DNA of 64,000 bases. It comes from Clostridia bacterium. GTDB lineage: Bacteria; Bacillota; Clostridia; Oscillospirales; CAG-272. The translations under genes were made by a program, and so were the position numbers. The notes under the pieces are model-generated. The model was not told where the DNA came from, ran no database searches, and saw only the letters and a program-made list of their open reading frames with translations. Each line of letters starts with the position of its first letter. The first letter of the stretch is position 1. This document shows positions 1-8,519 of the stretch, piece by piece. The stretch covers positions 1,643 to 65,642 of the forward strand of contig JAFYOX010000089.1 of the NCBI GenBank assembly GCA_017547755.1, in the 5' to 3' direction.

Positions 1-223
1 GGATAATGAGGTAATCGGGCGCCTTTCCGCCGAGGACGTTGTCGATATTGTCGAGCCATTCGTGCGTGAACCGCGCGTCCACGGTGTCCATAACGGCAGT
101 CTTCTCATCGAGAATAACATAAGAATTATAAGCCATCCCGTTCGGCACGGTATACTGCCCTTCAAACAGGTCAACGGCATGGTCATTTACGCCTACATAA
201 CGGATATCATTCGTGATTGTCAT
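1..223 (-). CDS. fprA: FprA-family flavodiiron protein (A-type flavoprotein), N-terminal part, runs off window
   Basis: Manual translation MTITNDIRYVGVNDHAVDLFEGQYTVPNGMAYNSYVILDEKTAVMDTVD matches the FDP N-terminus (FE..Y.VP.G..YNSY.I.DEK..v.DTV); SD AAGGAG upstream. Confidence 0.85.
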   Translation of the reverse strand, partial: MTITNDIRYVGVNDHAVDLFEGQYTVPNGMAYNSYVILDEKTAVMDTVDARFTHEWLDNIDNVLGGKAPDYLII

Positions 224-361
224 ATCTGAAATCTCCTTGAAGATCGTGTGGTTTTGTTTTTTCCTGTGTGCCTTTATTATACACTAACCCACGGATCAAA
301 TATGTTGAATTTTCAACATGAATTGTAAATAAAATATGAATTGTACGGAGACGGGGGATAC

Positions 362-584
362 GGGGGAGACGGTCGCTTTTTGAAAAAAGCTCCGCAAAAA
401 CTTCAATCTGTTGCAGCCATCTTTTGCAGTTGACATGGAATGTCGGAGAAATTTTGTTCGTGCAAATTTCTCCGACATCCTATGTATATACTGCCAGCCG
501 ACACAATCCGTCAGCCGCAGTATAAAGTTCTTTGCCGAGACACGTAGTGTCTCAGGATTTCTTTTAAGAAAGCGCGTTCCCCCT
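362..584. repeat. Composite inverted-repeat element (REPIN/MITE-like)
   Basis: Perfect 15-bp IR ATGTCGGAGAAATTT (440-454) / AAATTTCTCCGACAT (464-478), flanked by inverted hairpin+AAA(A/G)AACTT modules. Confidence 0.6.
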
Positions 585-624
585 GAACGAGAGATCCGCG
601 CTTTCAAAATTTTATAGTATGGAG

Positions 625-2358
625 TTATTCGGCAAATACGTTTTCGCAGCCGACTTCGGAGAGCTGACCGATGGAGAAGAGACCGACCCAGAGGTTGTCG
701 CGGCAGACGACGTTGCGGCAGTAGGCGAGCTTGACGAGGGAGGTGCCGGGGTGCCACTTGTCGGCGCAGGTGCTGCGGTAGATGCGGTTGTTCGTGAAGG
801 AGAGGCCGTCGGTGGAGAAGCCGTAGAGGACGGGGGTGTCGGGGGTATCGAAGACGTTGTCGTGGATGCGGATGTTCTTGTGGAAGGGGCGCTTGACGTC
901 CGGTTCGGGAACGATCGGGCAGACGCTGATCATGCCTTCGCAGAACTGGTACATCGAGGAGAGGCAGGCGTCCGTGAAGGTGTTGCCGCTGATTTCGACG
1001 TCGTGGCATTCGCCGGATTCGTACCAGTAGTTCGAGTCGCCCGCGACGAGGATCGCAGAACCGGAGGACTGGAACAGGTTGTCCTGGATCCGTACCGCCT
1101 TCGGCGTGGAAACGAGAACGCCGCGCGCACGGCAGCTGCCGAAACGGTTCTTCGTGCAGACGAACGCCGCAGTGTGCGTCAGATTGTCGAGCGCAAGCCC
1201 TTCCGGATCACGCGCACGGATGGCTTCGTCTACGGGTTCCGCGAACTTCAGCAGGAACAGCTCGTTCGATTCGAGCACGTATTCCGCCGCTTCCGCGTGA
1301 CAGATCTGCGTCATCGGCTTGCGGTCGATGAAGACGATGTCGTCTCCGGATTCCGCCCAGTAGTGGAACGCGCATGCCTGCGGGTGCATATAGCGGCAGC
1401 GGAGCGTCCGTTCGTCCACCCATTCCGCACCGGTCACACAGCATCCGTGAACGTTGATCGGGTCGTCCATCAGACCGAGGAAGCTGCATTCCGTGATCGT
1501 CACCGTGCCCGAACAGCAGGTGATGTGCATGCCGTCGTCGCGTCCGCTAATGACCTTGCGGCCTGCGGCGGTGTTCGGAAGGAAGTGTACTCTGCGGTAG
1601 GTCAGCGTGTCGCAGAACTGCGCCAGACAGCCAAGACCGCCGCAGCAGTGGACTGTCACGTCCTCGATCGTGATATTTCTGCACTTTTCCGTGAAAATAC
1701 CTGCGTGCCAGCGCTCGTTGTGGCGCAGAACGATGATATTTCCGACCGCCGTGTCCGGATTCTTGCACGCATAGCGGTATACATTGCCGCCAAGGTCTTC
1801 GAGCATCTTGCCGAGCTGGAAGCGGTCGCCCGTCGTACGGCGGACGGTGCGCGTGTTCGCGTCAAACTGGATCACGCCCCACTGATTCATCGGGGATTCT
1901 TCGCCCGCGCCGATATCGAATACCACGCGGTTGTCGCGTACGGTGTGCGGATAGATCGCCGGATCGATGAAAACGTCCACGGTGTCCTCGCCGATCGCCG
2001 TCACGATCCCTTCGGAAACGAGCGGCTTTTCCCAGTCGATCACGAAATCCTTCATCACGATGTCTTCGCAGTGCACCATCGTCACCGCCTGCATCTGTCC
2101 TTCGTAGAACAGACGGGTCTTCTGCCCGGTGAGACGGACGTTCTTCATGTTTTCGAGAAGCACGCCGATCTTGCGCTGGGGAAGCACGTCGGTGTTCGAC
2201 AGACGAAGGTCGCGGAAGATCTTCGGGGAGAAGAAATAATCCCCCGCTTCGAAGACGAATTCGGTGTCGCACGGATGTGATGCAAACAGTTCGGCAAGTG
2301 CGATGGTGCAGTCGCTGCCCGGCAGGATGCCGTGGTCTTTTAAGATGATCTGAGTCAT
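625..2358 (-). CDS. GH110-like alpha-1,3-galactosidase (parallel beta-helix)
   Basis: 577 aa; motif DDGMHITCCSG..TITECSFLGLMDDPINVHG, plus SNTD, RARGVLVST and WYESG, typical of GH110. Confidence 0.8.
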   Translation of the reverse strand: MTQIILKDHGILPGSDCTIALAELFASHPCDTEFVFEAGDYFFSPKIFRDLRLSNTDVLPQRKIGVLLENMKNVRLTGQKTRLFYEGQMQAVTMVHCEDIVMKDFVIDWEKPLVSEGIVTAIGEDTVDVFIDPAIYPHTVRDNRVVFDIGAGEESPMNQWGVIQFDANTRTVRRTTGDRFQLGKMLEDLGGNVYRYACKNPDTAVGNIIVLRHNERWHAGIFTEKCRNITIEDVTVHCCGGLGCLAQFCDTLTYRRVHFLPNTAAGRKVISGRDDGMHITCCSGTVTITECSFLGLMDDPINVHGCCVTGAEWVDERTLRCRYMHPQACAFHYWAESGDDIVFIDRKPMTQICHAEAAEYVLESNELFLLKFAEPVDEAIRARDPEGLALDNLTHTAAFVCTKNRFGSCRARGVLVSTPKAVRIQDNLFQSSGSAILVAGDSNYWYESGECHDVEISGNTFTDACLSSMYQFCEGMISVCPIVPEPDVKRPFHKNIRIHDNVFDTPDTPVLYGFSTDGLSFTNNRIYRSTCADKWHPGTSLVKLAYCRNVVCRDNLWVGLFSIGQLSEVGCENVFAE

Positions 2359-2415
2359 AGAAACCTCACTTTTATGATAATTAACAGTTAATCTTTGAAT
2401 TATATGACGTTCTGA

Positions 2416-2500
2416 CGTACGGTACGCTTATTTTGGGATATCCCTATATATATAAGAGCATTATGCGTAAAAAGAAGCGTACGAAGCGTACAAGCGTACG
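2416..2500. repeat. Inverted short repeats (AAGCGTAC x3 / GTACGCTT) around a GGGATATCCC-TATATATATA core
   Basis: Read directly: GTACGCTT 2422-2429; AAGCGTAC at 2475, 2484 and 2492. Confidence 0.6.
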
Positions 2501-2563
2501 GATTGTATATACGTACATCGGAATGTGAACTGTATGGAAACGGAAACCGTTTTTCTTTGTCTG

Positions 2564-3259
2564 CTACATTCCCCGCAGTTCCGTCGGACAGAACCTGTTT
2601 GCCGCGTCACGCATTTTCTCCATCTCTTCGCGTGAAACCGCCGACAGTCCGTCTGCGATCAGTTCCCCCGAATCTTTGAATCCCTGCAGGAAATACCGCT
2701 TTGCTCCCGTGATCGATTCCGCCAGTTCCCGGATGCGCTCCACGGTGTGGAACTCCCTCACGACCGTCGTGCGGAATTCGTAATCGATGCCGCTCTGCAT
2801 CAGCAGGGCGATGCTCTCCTTTACCGGCGTCACGTCAAAGTCCGGCAGACCGACCGTTTCGCCGTAGTACGGGAATGCGTTCTTCACGTCCATCGCGGCA
2901 TAATCGATCAGACCGTCCCGGAGAAGCCGTTCCAGCGCGTCCGGACGTGTCCCGTTCGTGTCGAGCTTAACCGCATACCCGAGACTCCGTACTTCCGGAA
3001 GGAATTCGAGCAGCTCCCGGATGTGCAGAAGCGGTTCGCCTCCCGTGATGCAGACGCCGTCGAGAAGTCCCGCACGCTTTTTCAGAAAAGCGTGGATTTC
3101 CGTGCCGGAGAGGATGGTCTCGTCCCGCATTTCCGGCAGAACGAGCCTTGCGTTGTGGCAGAACGGACAGCGCAGATTGCACCCGTCCGTGAAGAGCGTG
3201 CAGGCGGTCTTCCCCGGATAATCGAGCAGGGTCAGTTTCTGGATTCCGGCGAAATTCAT
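2564..3259 (-). CDS. nrdG: Anaerobic ribonucleoside-triphosphate reductase activating protein (radical SAM)
   Basis: MNFAGIQKLTLLDYPGKTACTLFTDGCNLRCPFCHN (CxxxCxxC), ITGGEP, KLDTNG, YEFRTT; start moved to Met24 of the ORF, ATGA overlap with the upstream gene. Confidence 0.8.
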   Translation of the reverse strand: MNFAGIQKLTLLDYPGKTACTLFTDGCNLRCPFCHNARLVLPEMRDETILSGTEIHAFLKKRAGLLDGVCITGGEPLLHIRELLEFLPEVRSLGYAVKLDTNGTRPDALERLLRDGLIDYAAMDVKNAFPYYGETVGLPDFDVTPVKESIALLMQSGIDYEFRTTVVREFHTVERIRELAESITGAKRYFLQGFKDSGELIADGLSAVSREEMEKMRDAANRFCPTELRGM

Positions 3260-3717
3260 GCTTCCGCCTCTTTTTCCGCGAGGATCCCGTCGAGAATTTC
3301 CGCGATCGCGCCGACAAAGCGTGCGCACGGACGTTTTTTATAATATTCCGCCGTGCGTGCGTCCGGTACGGGGTCGGTGCTGTCCGAGATGCCCTTGAGC
3401 AGGTCGCGGCAGAGGATCGTGCCGTACTTTTCCTTGAAGCGTCCGGCGATGTCCTGAATGAGCTTGTAATGCGCCGCCTTGGTCTTGTCGTCGTCCGTTT
3501 CGGTGTAGCCGTACAGGACGCCTGCGACCATGGCCGCGCCGCTCATCGCACCGCAGACCTCGCGCATTCGTCCGAGACCGCCGCCGAACGAGGAGGAAAT
3601 GCGCATCGCATCCTCATGGGAATAGCAGGTCAGGTCTTCGTACGCGCAGAAAACCGCCTGCGCACAGTTGCATCCGGAGCAGAACAGCTCGACGGCGCGG
3701 GTAACGTGACTTGTCAT
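3256..3717 (-). CDS. C_GCAxxG_C_C family putative redox-active protein
   Basis: CNCAQAV...GGGLGRMREVCGAMSGA...ILCRDLL...PC pattern. Confidence 0.85.
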   Translation of the reverse strand: MTSHVTRAVELFCSGCNCAQAVFCAYEDLTCYSHEDAMRISSSFGGGLGRMREVCGAMSGAAMVAGVLYGYTETDDDKTKAAHYKLIQDIAGRFKEKYGTILCRDLLKGISDSTDPVPDARTAEYYKKRPCARFVGAIAEILDGILAEKEAEA

Positions 3718-4535
3718 TTCCGGTCATCCTCCGTGTAGCGCTTGATGTTTTTCGCGGTTTCCGCATCGTAGGGAAGTCCGAAATACTTTCCGTAGGCTTC
3801 GCGGACTTCGTCTTCGGTCAGGATCTTTTCCGTCACGGTATCTCCGGCGAAGATGTGGAAAATGTTGGAATCGAGCGTGATGCGTCCGTCGTCGGTCTTG
3901 AGCGAGAACATTTCCGCGGAGATGAACGGGGATTCGGCGGCATTTTCGCACCAGAAGGACGGCATGATGTAGTCGATGTTCAGCTGTTCTTCCTCGGTGA
4001 AGCTGTAGAAGCGTCTCCACTCGCCCTTGTGGAAGTCGGAGATCATCCAGCCGAAGAAGGGTTCACGGGTGACGAGGTAGGTCTCGCCGTACTGTTCGCT
4101 GCGGCTGTTTTCTTCCATGAGCAGGGGAAGCCGGAACGCCGACTGACCGATGCCCGCATCGCAGATGTATTTCTTTCCGTCGGAGGTGGTCACGCCGAGC
4201 ACGCGGTGACGGCGGACGGGGATCTCGGTCTCGCCGCGGAGGTAGCGCGCCATGTATTCGGTCACGCCGAAGCCGAGGGAACGGTAGACTTCACCGAGGA
4301 AGCCGTTGATCTCGAAGCAGTAGTCGCCGCGGTGATTGGTGACGATCTTGTCGTAGAGTTTGTCGTAATCGAGGGAAAGAGGGATCTTTTTGATGATGTC
4401 GAGATTTTCGTAAGGCACGTTTTTCTGGAAGCCGTACTGAACGGCGGCGAGGGTCTCATAATCGGTCGGGAGACCTTCGGTGTATGTCAGCCCGATGCGG
4501 GCGAAGATGTTGGTGAGCTGTTCTTTGTTGTACAT
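3714..4535 (-). CDS. Arylamine N-acetyltransferase family protein
   Basis: VPYENLDI, RGDYCFE (catalytic Cys), RHRVL (His), DAGIG (Asp). Confidence 0.85.
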   Translation of the reverse strand: MYNKEQLTNIFARIGLTYTEGLPTDYETLAAVQYGFQKNVPYENLDIIKKIPLSLDYDKLYDKIVTNHRGDYCFEINGFLGEVYRSLGFGVTEYMARYLRGETEIPVRRHRVLGVTTSDGKKYICDAGIGQSAFRLPLLMEENSRSEQYGETYLVTREPFFGWMISDFHKGEWRRFYSFTEEEQLNIDYIMPSFWCENAAESPFISAEMFSLKTDDGRITLDSNIFHIFAGDTVTEKILTEDEVREAYGKYFGLPYDAETAKNIKRYTEDDRK

Positions 4536-4586
4536 TTGTGTTGTCCTTTCGTTGTGGCTGAAGTTGGAAGACCGGTCGTATTCCGT

Positions 4587-5672
4587 TTACGAAATCAGCA
4601 CCGCGCCGATGCGCAGAACCGTGCCTTCGGATTCGTCCGCTTTCGTGTCCGCGAGACGGACGGTCACGCGGTGTGTCCCGTACGGCAGTCCTTTCGCAAA
4701 GAACGCCGCACCCGCACGGTTGAACGATTTGCAGTAGTGATCCCAGCTCCGGAGAGAGACTTCCGCACCGCCGTCCACGGAAACGAGCGCGTCGCCCGAA
4801 TCCTTTGCGAGCATCCAGTAGAAGCCGCAGTTTTCGCCGTCGAACGTGAACGAGAACGTACTGCCGGGGACGGACGCTTCGATGTAGGACGGATACCGTC
4901 CGCAGAGGGACTTTTCCGTGAGTGCAAAGCCGTCGGAGGTGTAATTGTCCGCCGCCGTACAGGAGATCATACGGGCGTTGTCATATACCTTTCCGTCAAA
5001 CGCCGCCGGAGAGGGCATCGGATGATTTCTGAGTTCCCCGGACGCACTGTCCGCCCACTTGCGGAGGAACGCCGTGATGCAGTCGGTGTAGATCGCGTAG
5101 CCGTCGTCGTTCGGATGGACGGTGTCGGTCGTGAAGCGGAGATAATCCCCGCCGGTCTTCAGCACTTCGTAGTGCAGGAGATTGCCGATGTCGATCACCG
5201 GTGCGCCGTAGCGGTGTGCGATCACGGAGTGTGCCGACCGTGCGGTAAATTCGCCGCCCTGTTCGAGATTGTCCGTGATACTTTTCGTCGTCGTGATGAT
5301 GCAGACGATGTCCGTCGTCGGATCGTGCTTCCGGATCTTGCGGTAAATCGCTTCCGCCTGACAGAGGACCGCGTCATACGCCATACCGCTGTCGTTCACG
5401 GCAAATTCGACGAACACCAGATCGGGATTTTTCGAGAGAAGATCCGCGTCACAGCGGTACATCCCGAGATCGGAACCCGTACCGCCGATCGCCGCCTGGA
5501 TCTCACGGACGTCTGCGTCGGGATACGTCACGCGGAACCAGTCCGTCACTCCGGCACGCCACGAGGTCTTTGATGCGTCCGACGCACCCGCACCTTCCGT
5601 GATCGATCCGCCGAAATACCCGACGGTGAAGGATTTGTCATGGGTAAGTTTATAGAATGTGTTGTCAAGCAT
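4587..5672 (-). CDS. SGNH/GDSL hydrolase family esterase
   Basis: GYFGGSITEG, IGGTGS, VEFAVND and DTVHPNDDG blocks; start at MLDN after SD GGAGG. Confidence 0.85.
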   Translation of the reverse strand: MLDNTFYKLTHDKSFTVGYFGGSITEGAGASDASKTSWRAGVTDWFRVTYPDADVREIQAAIGGTGSDLGMYRCDADLLSKNPDLVFVEFAVNDSGMAYDAVLCQAEAIYRKIRKHDPTTDIVCIITTTKSITDNLEQGGEFTARSAHSVIAHRYGAPVIDIGNLLHYEVLKTGGDYLRFTTDTVHPNDDGYAIYTDCITAFLRKWADSASGELRNHPMPSPAAFDGKVYDNARMISCTAADNYTSDGFALTEKSLCGRYPSYIEASVPGSTFSFTFDGENCGFYWMLAKDSGDALVSVDGGAEVSLRSWDHYCKSFNRAGAAFFAKGLPYGTHRVTVRLADTKADESEGTVLRIGAVLIS

Positions 5673-5691
5673 GGGAATTCCTCCTGACAGG

Positions 5692-7659
5692 TTATTTTTC
5701 AAGAATCGTCCCGTCTCTGTATGCCGCAAGGAGACAGCGGAGTTCCGCGATCCGCAGGGACAGTTCCGCGCCGTAGTCCGTGTCCGCGATGTTCACGCGG
5801 CGGTCCATTTTCTCGACCACGGAGACCTTCGGCGTGATGTTCGCGTTCATGCCGTCGTACGGACGGTGTTCCGCCAGACGGAGGCTGTGCGAGTCGTAGA
5901 TGAGCGTGTAGCCCGCGATGCCCGTCTTGATCCGGTATGCTTTCGAGATGCCGCCGTCGATGACGAACAGGCGTCCGCCTGCCTTGACCGGACTTTCGCC
6001 GTCCGCGCGGAGTACCGGCACGTGTCCGTTGATGATATGACCCTTCTGCGGATCGAGTCCGAATTCCGCAAGGATGCGTCCGCAGACCTCCTCGCGTTCC
6101 TTGACCTTATAATACGGCGTGTAGTGCTCGGCTTTGAGTTCCTTTTCGTCCGGAAGAAGCGTCCGTTCGAAGAATGCCATCTTGTCCTTGCCGTACAGGG
6201 GAGAATCCGGGCCGCACCAGAGATACCACATGAAGTCGCAGGCTTCCGTCTGTTCCGGAGAGCCGAAGGTGCCGAAATATGCCCGGTTGACCGCCTTGCC
6301 GATCCGGTCGAGCAGTTCGCGTCCGTGATAGACTCCGCCGCCTTCGGCAAACGGCAGAGTAACTTCGCGGAGCGTGCCGTCTTCGTTCATCGGGATCGAG
6401 CCGTGGTAGAGGAGATTGCCGTTTTCGCAGCGGTACATGGAGCCGTGGGCATAGAGGAATTTGATGTGCGTGTTGAGCTTCGCGCTGTGGTGGAACGATG
6501 ACGCAAGGATGCGCACCAGTTCCGCTTCTTCCGCAGTCAGCTTCAGCGGATCGTCCGGGTCAACGGTCGGGAAATATTTGTCGCAGAGCTCGTATTCCCG
6601 TCCGTCAATGACGATCACGCCGCGGCGGAAGTCGGTCTTTTCGAACAGCATCCGGCTTTCCATCCGGTATTCCGGATGCCGCCGCAGAAGCTGTCCTTCC
6701 AGCTTGAACTGGATCACCGCGATCGCCTTGTGCATCTTCGCGGTCAGCTTCAGGTCGACGCTGTCGTAGACCACGTCGTCAAGGGTGTGCGGATAGAAGC
6801 GTGTGCACGGGTCGTCTGCATAGACTTCCGATGCAAAGACGGACAGCGGACGCAGATTCAGCCCGTAGCCGTCTTCAAGAACGTCGTAGCTGTTGTAGCC
6901 GAGGGCAATGCGGATGACGTTGGCGATCAGCGTGGTGTTGCCGGACGCCGCTCCCATCCACGAAATGTCGTGATTGCCCCATTCCACGTCGATGTGGTCG
7001 AAGGTCATCAGCTCGTCCATGATCTTGTCAGCACGCGGACCTCGGTCGAAGATGTCGCCGATGATGTGCAGGCGGTCGATGGTCAGCGAACGGATGAGGG
7101 AGCACACGGCAATGATGAATTCGTCCGCAATGCCGGTGTCCAGAATGGAGGCGATGATCTCGTCGAAATAGTAGTCGCGGTTGATGTCGTCGGTCACGTT
7201 CAGCAGTTCGTCGAGGATGTAGTCGAAATGCGTACCGGGCATCTTTTTCCGCACGGATTCGCGGGTATACTTCGCGGAGACGGCTTCACAGACGAGGAGC
7301 AGACGGTAGATCGTGATCTTACGCCATTCGTCATCAAGTTCGCCGTCCTGTGCGAGAAGCTTGATCTCGCGTTCGGGGTAGTAGATGAGCGTTGCGAGTA
7401 GGTTCCGGTCGTTTGAAGATATGCTTTTTTCGAAGATCAGGTCGATCTTTGCCTTGATCATACCGGATGCGCTGCGCAGAAGGCGGAGGAAGGATTCGTA
7501 TTCTCCGTGAAGGTCACTGAAGAAGTATTCCGTTCCTTTCGGCAGACTGCGGAGTGCGGAGAGATTGATGATTTCCGCCGAAGCGGCTTCGATGTTCGGG
7601 TAATCGCGGGAGAGAAGCTCCAGATACCGGCGGTCGGGATGAGTGTTTTCGTGTGTCAT
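5692..7659 (-). CDS. fbp: Class III (Firmicutes-type) fructose-1,6-bisphosphatase
   Basis: 655 aa; LPKGTEYFFSDLHGEYE, GDIFDRGP, WGNHD, INGHVPV, VIDGGISKAY. Confidence 0.95.
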   Translation of the reverse strand: MTHENTHPDRRYLELLSRDYPNIEAASAEIINLSALRSLPKGTEYFFSDLHGEYESFLRLLRSASGMIKAKIDLIFEKSISSNDRNLLATLIYYPEREIKLLAQDGELDDEWRKITIYRLLLVCEAVSAKYTRESVRKKMPGTHFDYILDELLNVTDDINRDYYFDEIIASILDTGIADEFIIAVCSLIRSLTIDRLHIIGDIFDRGPRADKIMDELMTFDHIDVEWGNHDISWMGAASGNTTLIANVIRIALGYNSYDVLEDGYGLNLRPLSVFASEVYADDPCTRFYPHTLDDVVYDSVDLKLTAKMHKAIAVIQFKLEGQLLRRHPEYRMESRMLFEKTDFRRGVIVIDGREYELCDKYFPTVDPDDPLKLTAEEAELVRILASSFHHSAKLNTHIKFLYAHGSMYRCENGNLLYHGSIPMNEDGTLREVTLPFAEGGGVYHGRELLDRIGKAVNRAYFGTFGSPEQTEACDFMWYLWCGPDSPLYGKDKMAFFERTLLPDEKELKAEHYTPYYKVKEREEVCGRILAEFGLDPQKGHIINGHVPVLRADGESPVKAGGRLFVIDGGISKAYRIKTGIAGYTLIYDSHSLRLAEHRPYDGMNANITPKVSVVEKMDRRVNIADTDYGAELSLRIAELRCLLAAYRDGTILEK

Positions 7660-7696
7660 GGCATCTCCGGGTGATACAGAATTTCAATATATATCA

Positions 7697-7725
7697 ATTA
7701 TATATAATTCCGCGGATATAATCAA
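7697..7725 (-). promoter_or_regulatory. sigma-A promoter for the fbp operon
   Basis: TTGATT-N17-TATAAT on minus strand. Confidence 0.55.
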
Positions 7726-7766
7726 GCCGTTTTGCGGTATTTTTACGGGAAACTTTGCGTGTCCGG

Positions 7767-7795
7767 TTGAAAAACGTCCGTCATTCTGCTATAAT
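7767..7795 (+). promoter_or_regulatory. sigma-A promoter for the epimerase/G1PDH/GH20 operon
   Basis: TTGAAA-N17-TATAAT with extended -10 TGn. Confidence 0.65.
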
Positions 7796-7841
7796 GGAGG
7801 CATCCTATTTCGTATTTCCTGCCTGAAACGGAGAAAATATC

Positions 7842-8519
7842 ATGCTGAAACAACAGATCGCACCTTCCATGATGTGCGCGGACTACCGCGGCTTCACGGA
7901 ACTGCTCGACACCTTTAAAACCGCCGGCATCGAATATCTGCACATCGACGTGATGGACGGCGTGTTCGTGAAGAATTACACCCTCGGCACCGACTTCTGC
8001 GAACGTCTGCGCGCCATGACCGACATTCCGCTCGACATCCATCTCATGATCACCGAACCGGAATGGAAGATCGACTGGTTCAAACCGCGCGCCGGAGAAT
8101 ACGTCTCCGTCCACGCGGAAGCGACCAATCACCTCCAGCGCGCCCTTGCCGCGATCAGAAAGTACGATGCAAAACCGATGGCGGCACTCAATCCGGCGAC
8201 CCCTCTGTCCGTCCTCGACTATGTCCTCGACGACATCGACGCGGTCCTTCTGATGACGGTCAATCCCGGATTCGCCGGACAGAAGCTGATCCCGCAGACC
8301 CTCAAAAAGATCACCGACTGCCGCCGCTACCTCGACGAACGCGGATACAGCCATGTCGGGATCGAAGTGGACGGCAACGTCAGCTTCGAAAACGCGAAGA
8401 AAATGTACGAAGCGGGCGCGAACATCTACGTTGCGGGAACGTCCAGCGTGTTCTGGAACGGTGCGGACATCCCGGCGAACATCGCGCACCTGCGTGAAAT
8501 GACGGGAGGTACCGTATGA
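7842..8519 (+). CDS. Ribulose-phosphate 3-epimerase family protein (possibly AlsE-like)
   Basis: IAPSMMCAD, LHIDVMDG, DIHLM, MTVNPGFAGQK, EVDGNV, VAGTS. Confidence 0.85.
   Translation: MLKQQIAPSMMCADYRGFTELLDTFKTAGIEYLHIDVMDGVFVKNYTLGTDFCERLRAMTDIPLDIHLMITEPEWKIDWFKPRAGEYVSVHAEATNHLQRALAAIRKYDAKPMAALNPATPLSVLDYVLDDIDAVLLMTVNPGFAGQKLIPQTLKKITDCRRYLDERGYSHVGIEVDGNVSFENAKKMYEAGANIYVAGTSSVFWNGADIPANIAHLREMTGGTV

Noticed and set aside
296-617. ORFs 296-1009 (-) and 411-617 (+) crossing the hairpin element
   Set aside because: No recognisable motifs or SD; they run through a palindromic non-coding element
619-2280. Long antisense ORFs (553 aa here; also 3711-5573, 8426-11278, 14634-16025, 38061-39269, 42574-44205, 48503-51049, 54969-57809)
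   Set aside because: They mirror well-supported genes on the opposite strand and show no family motifs. They are expected where sense genes avoid TTA/CTA/TCA codons in GC-rich DNA.
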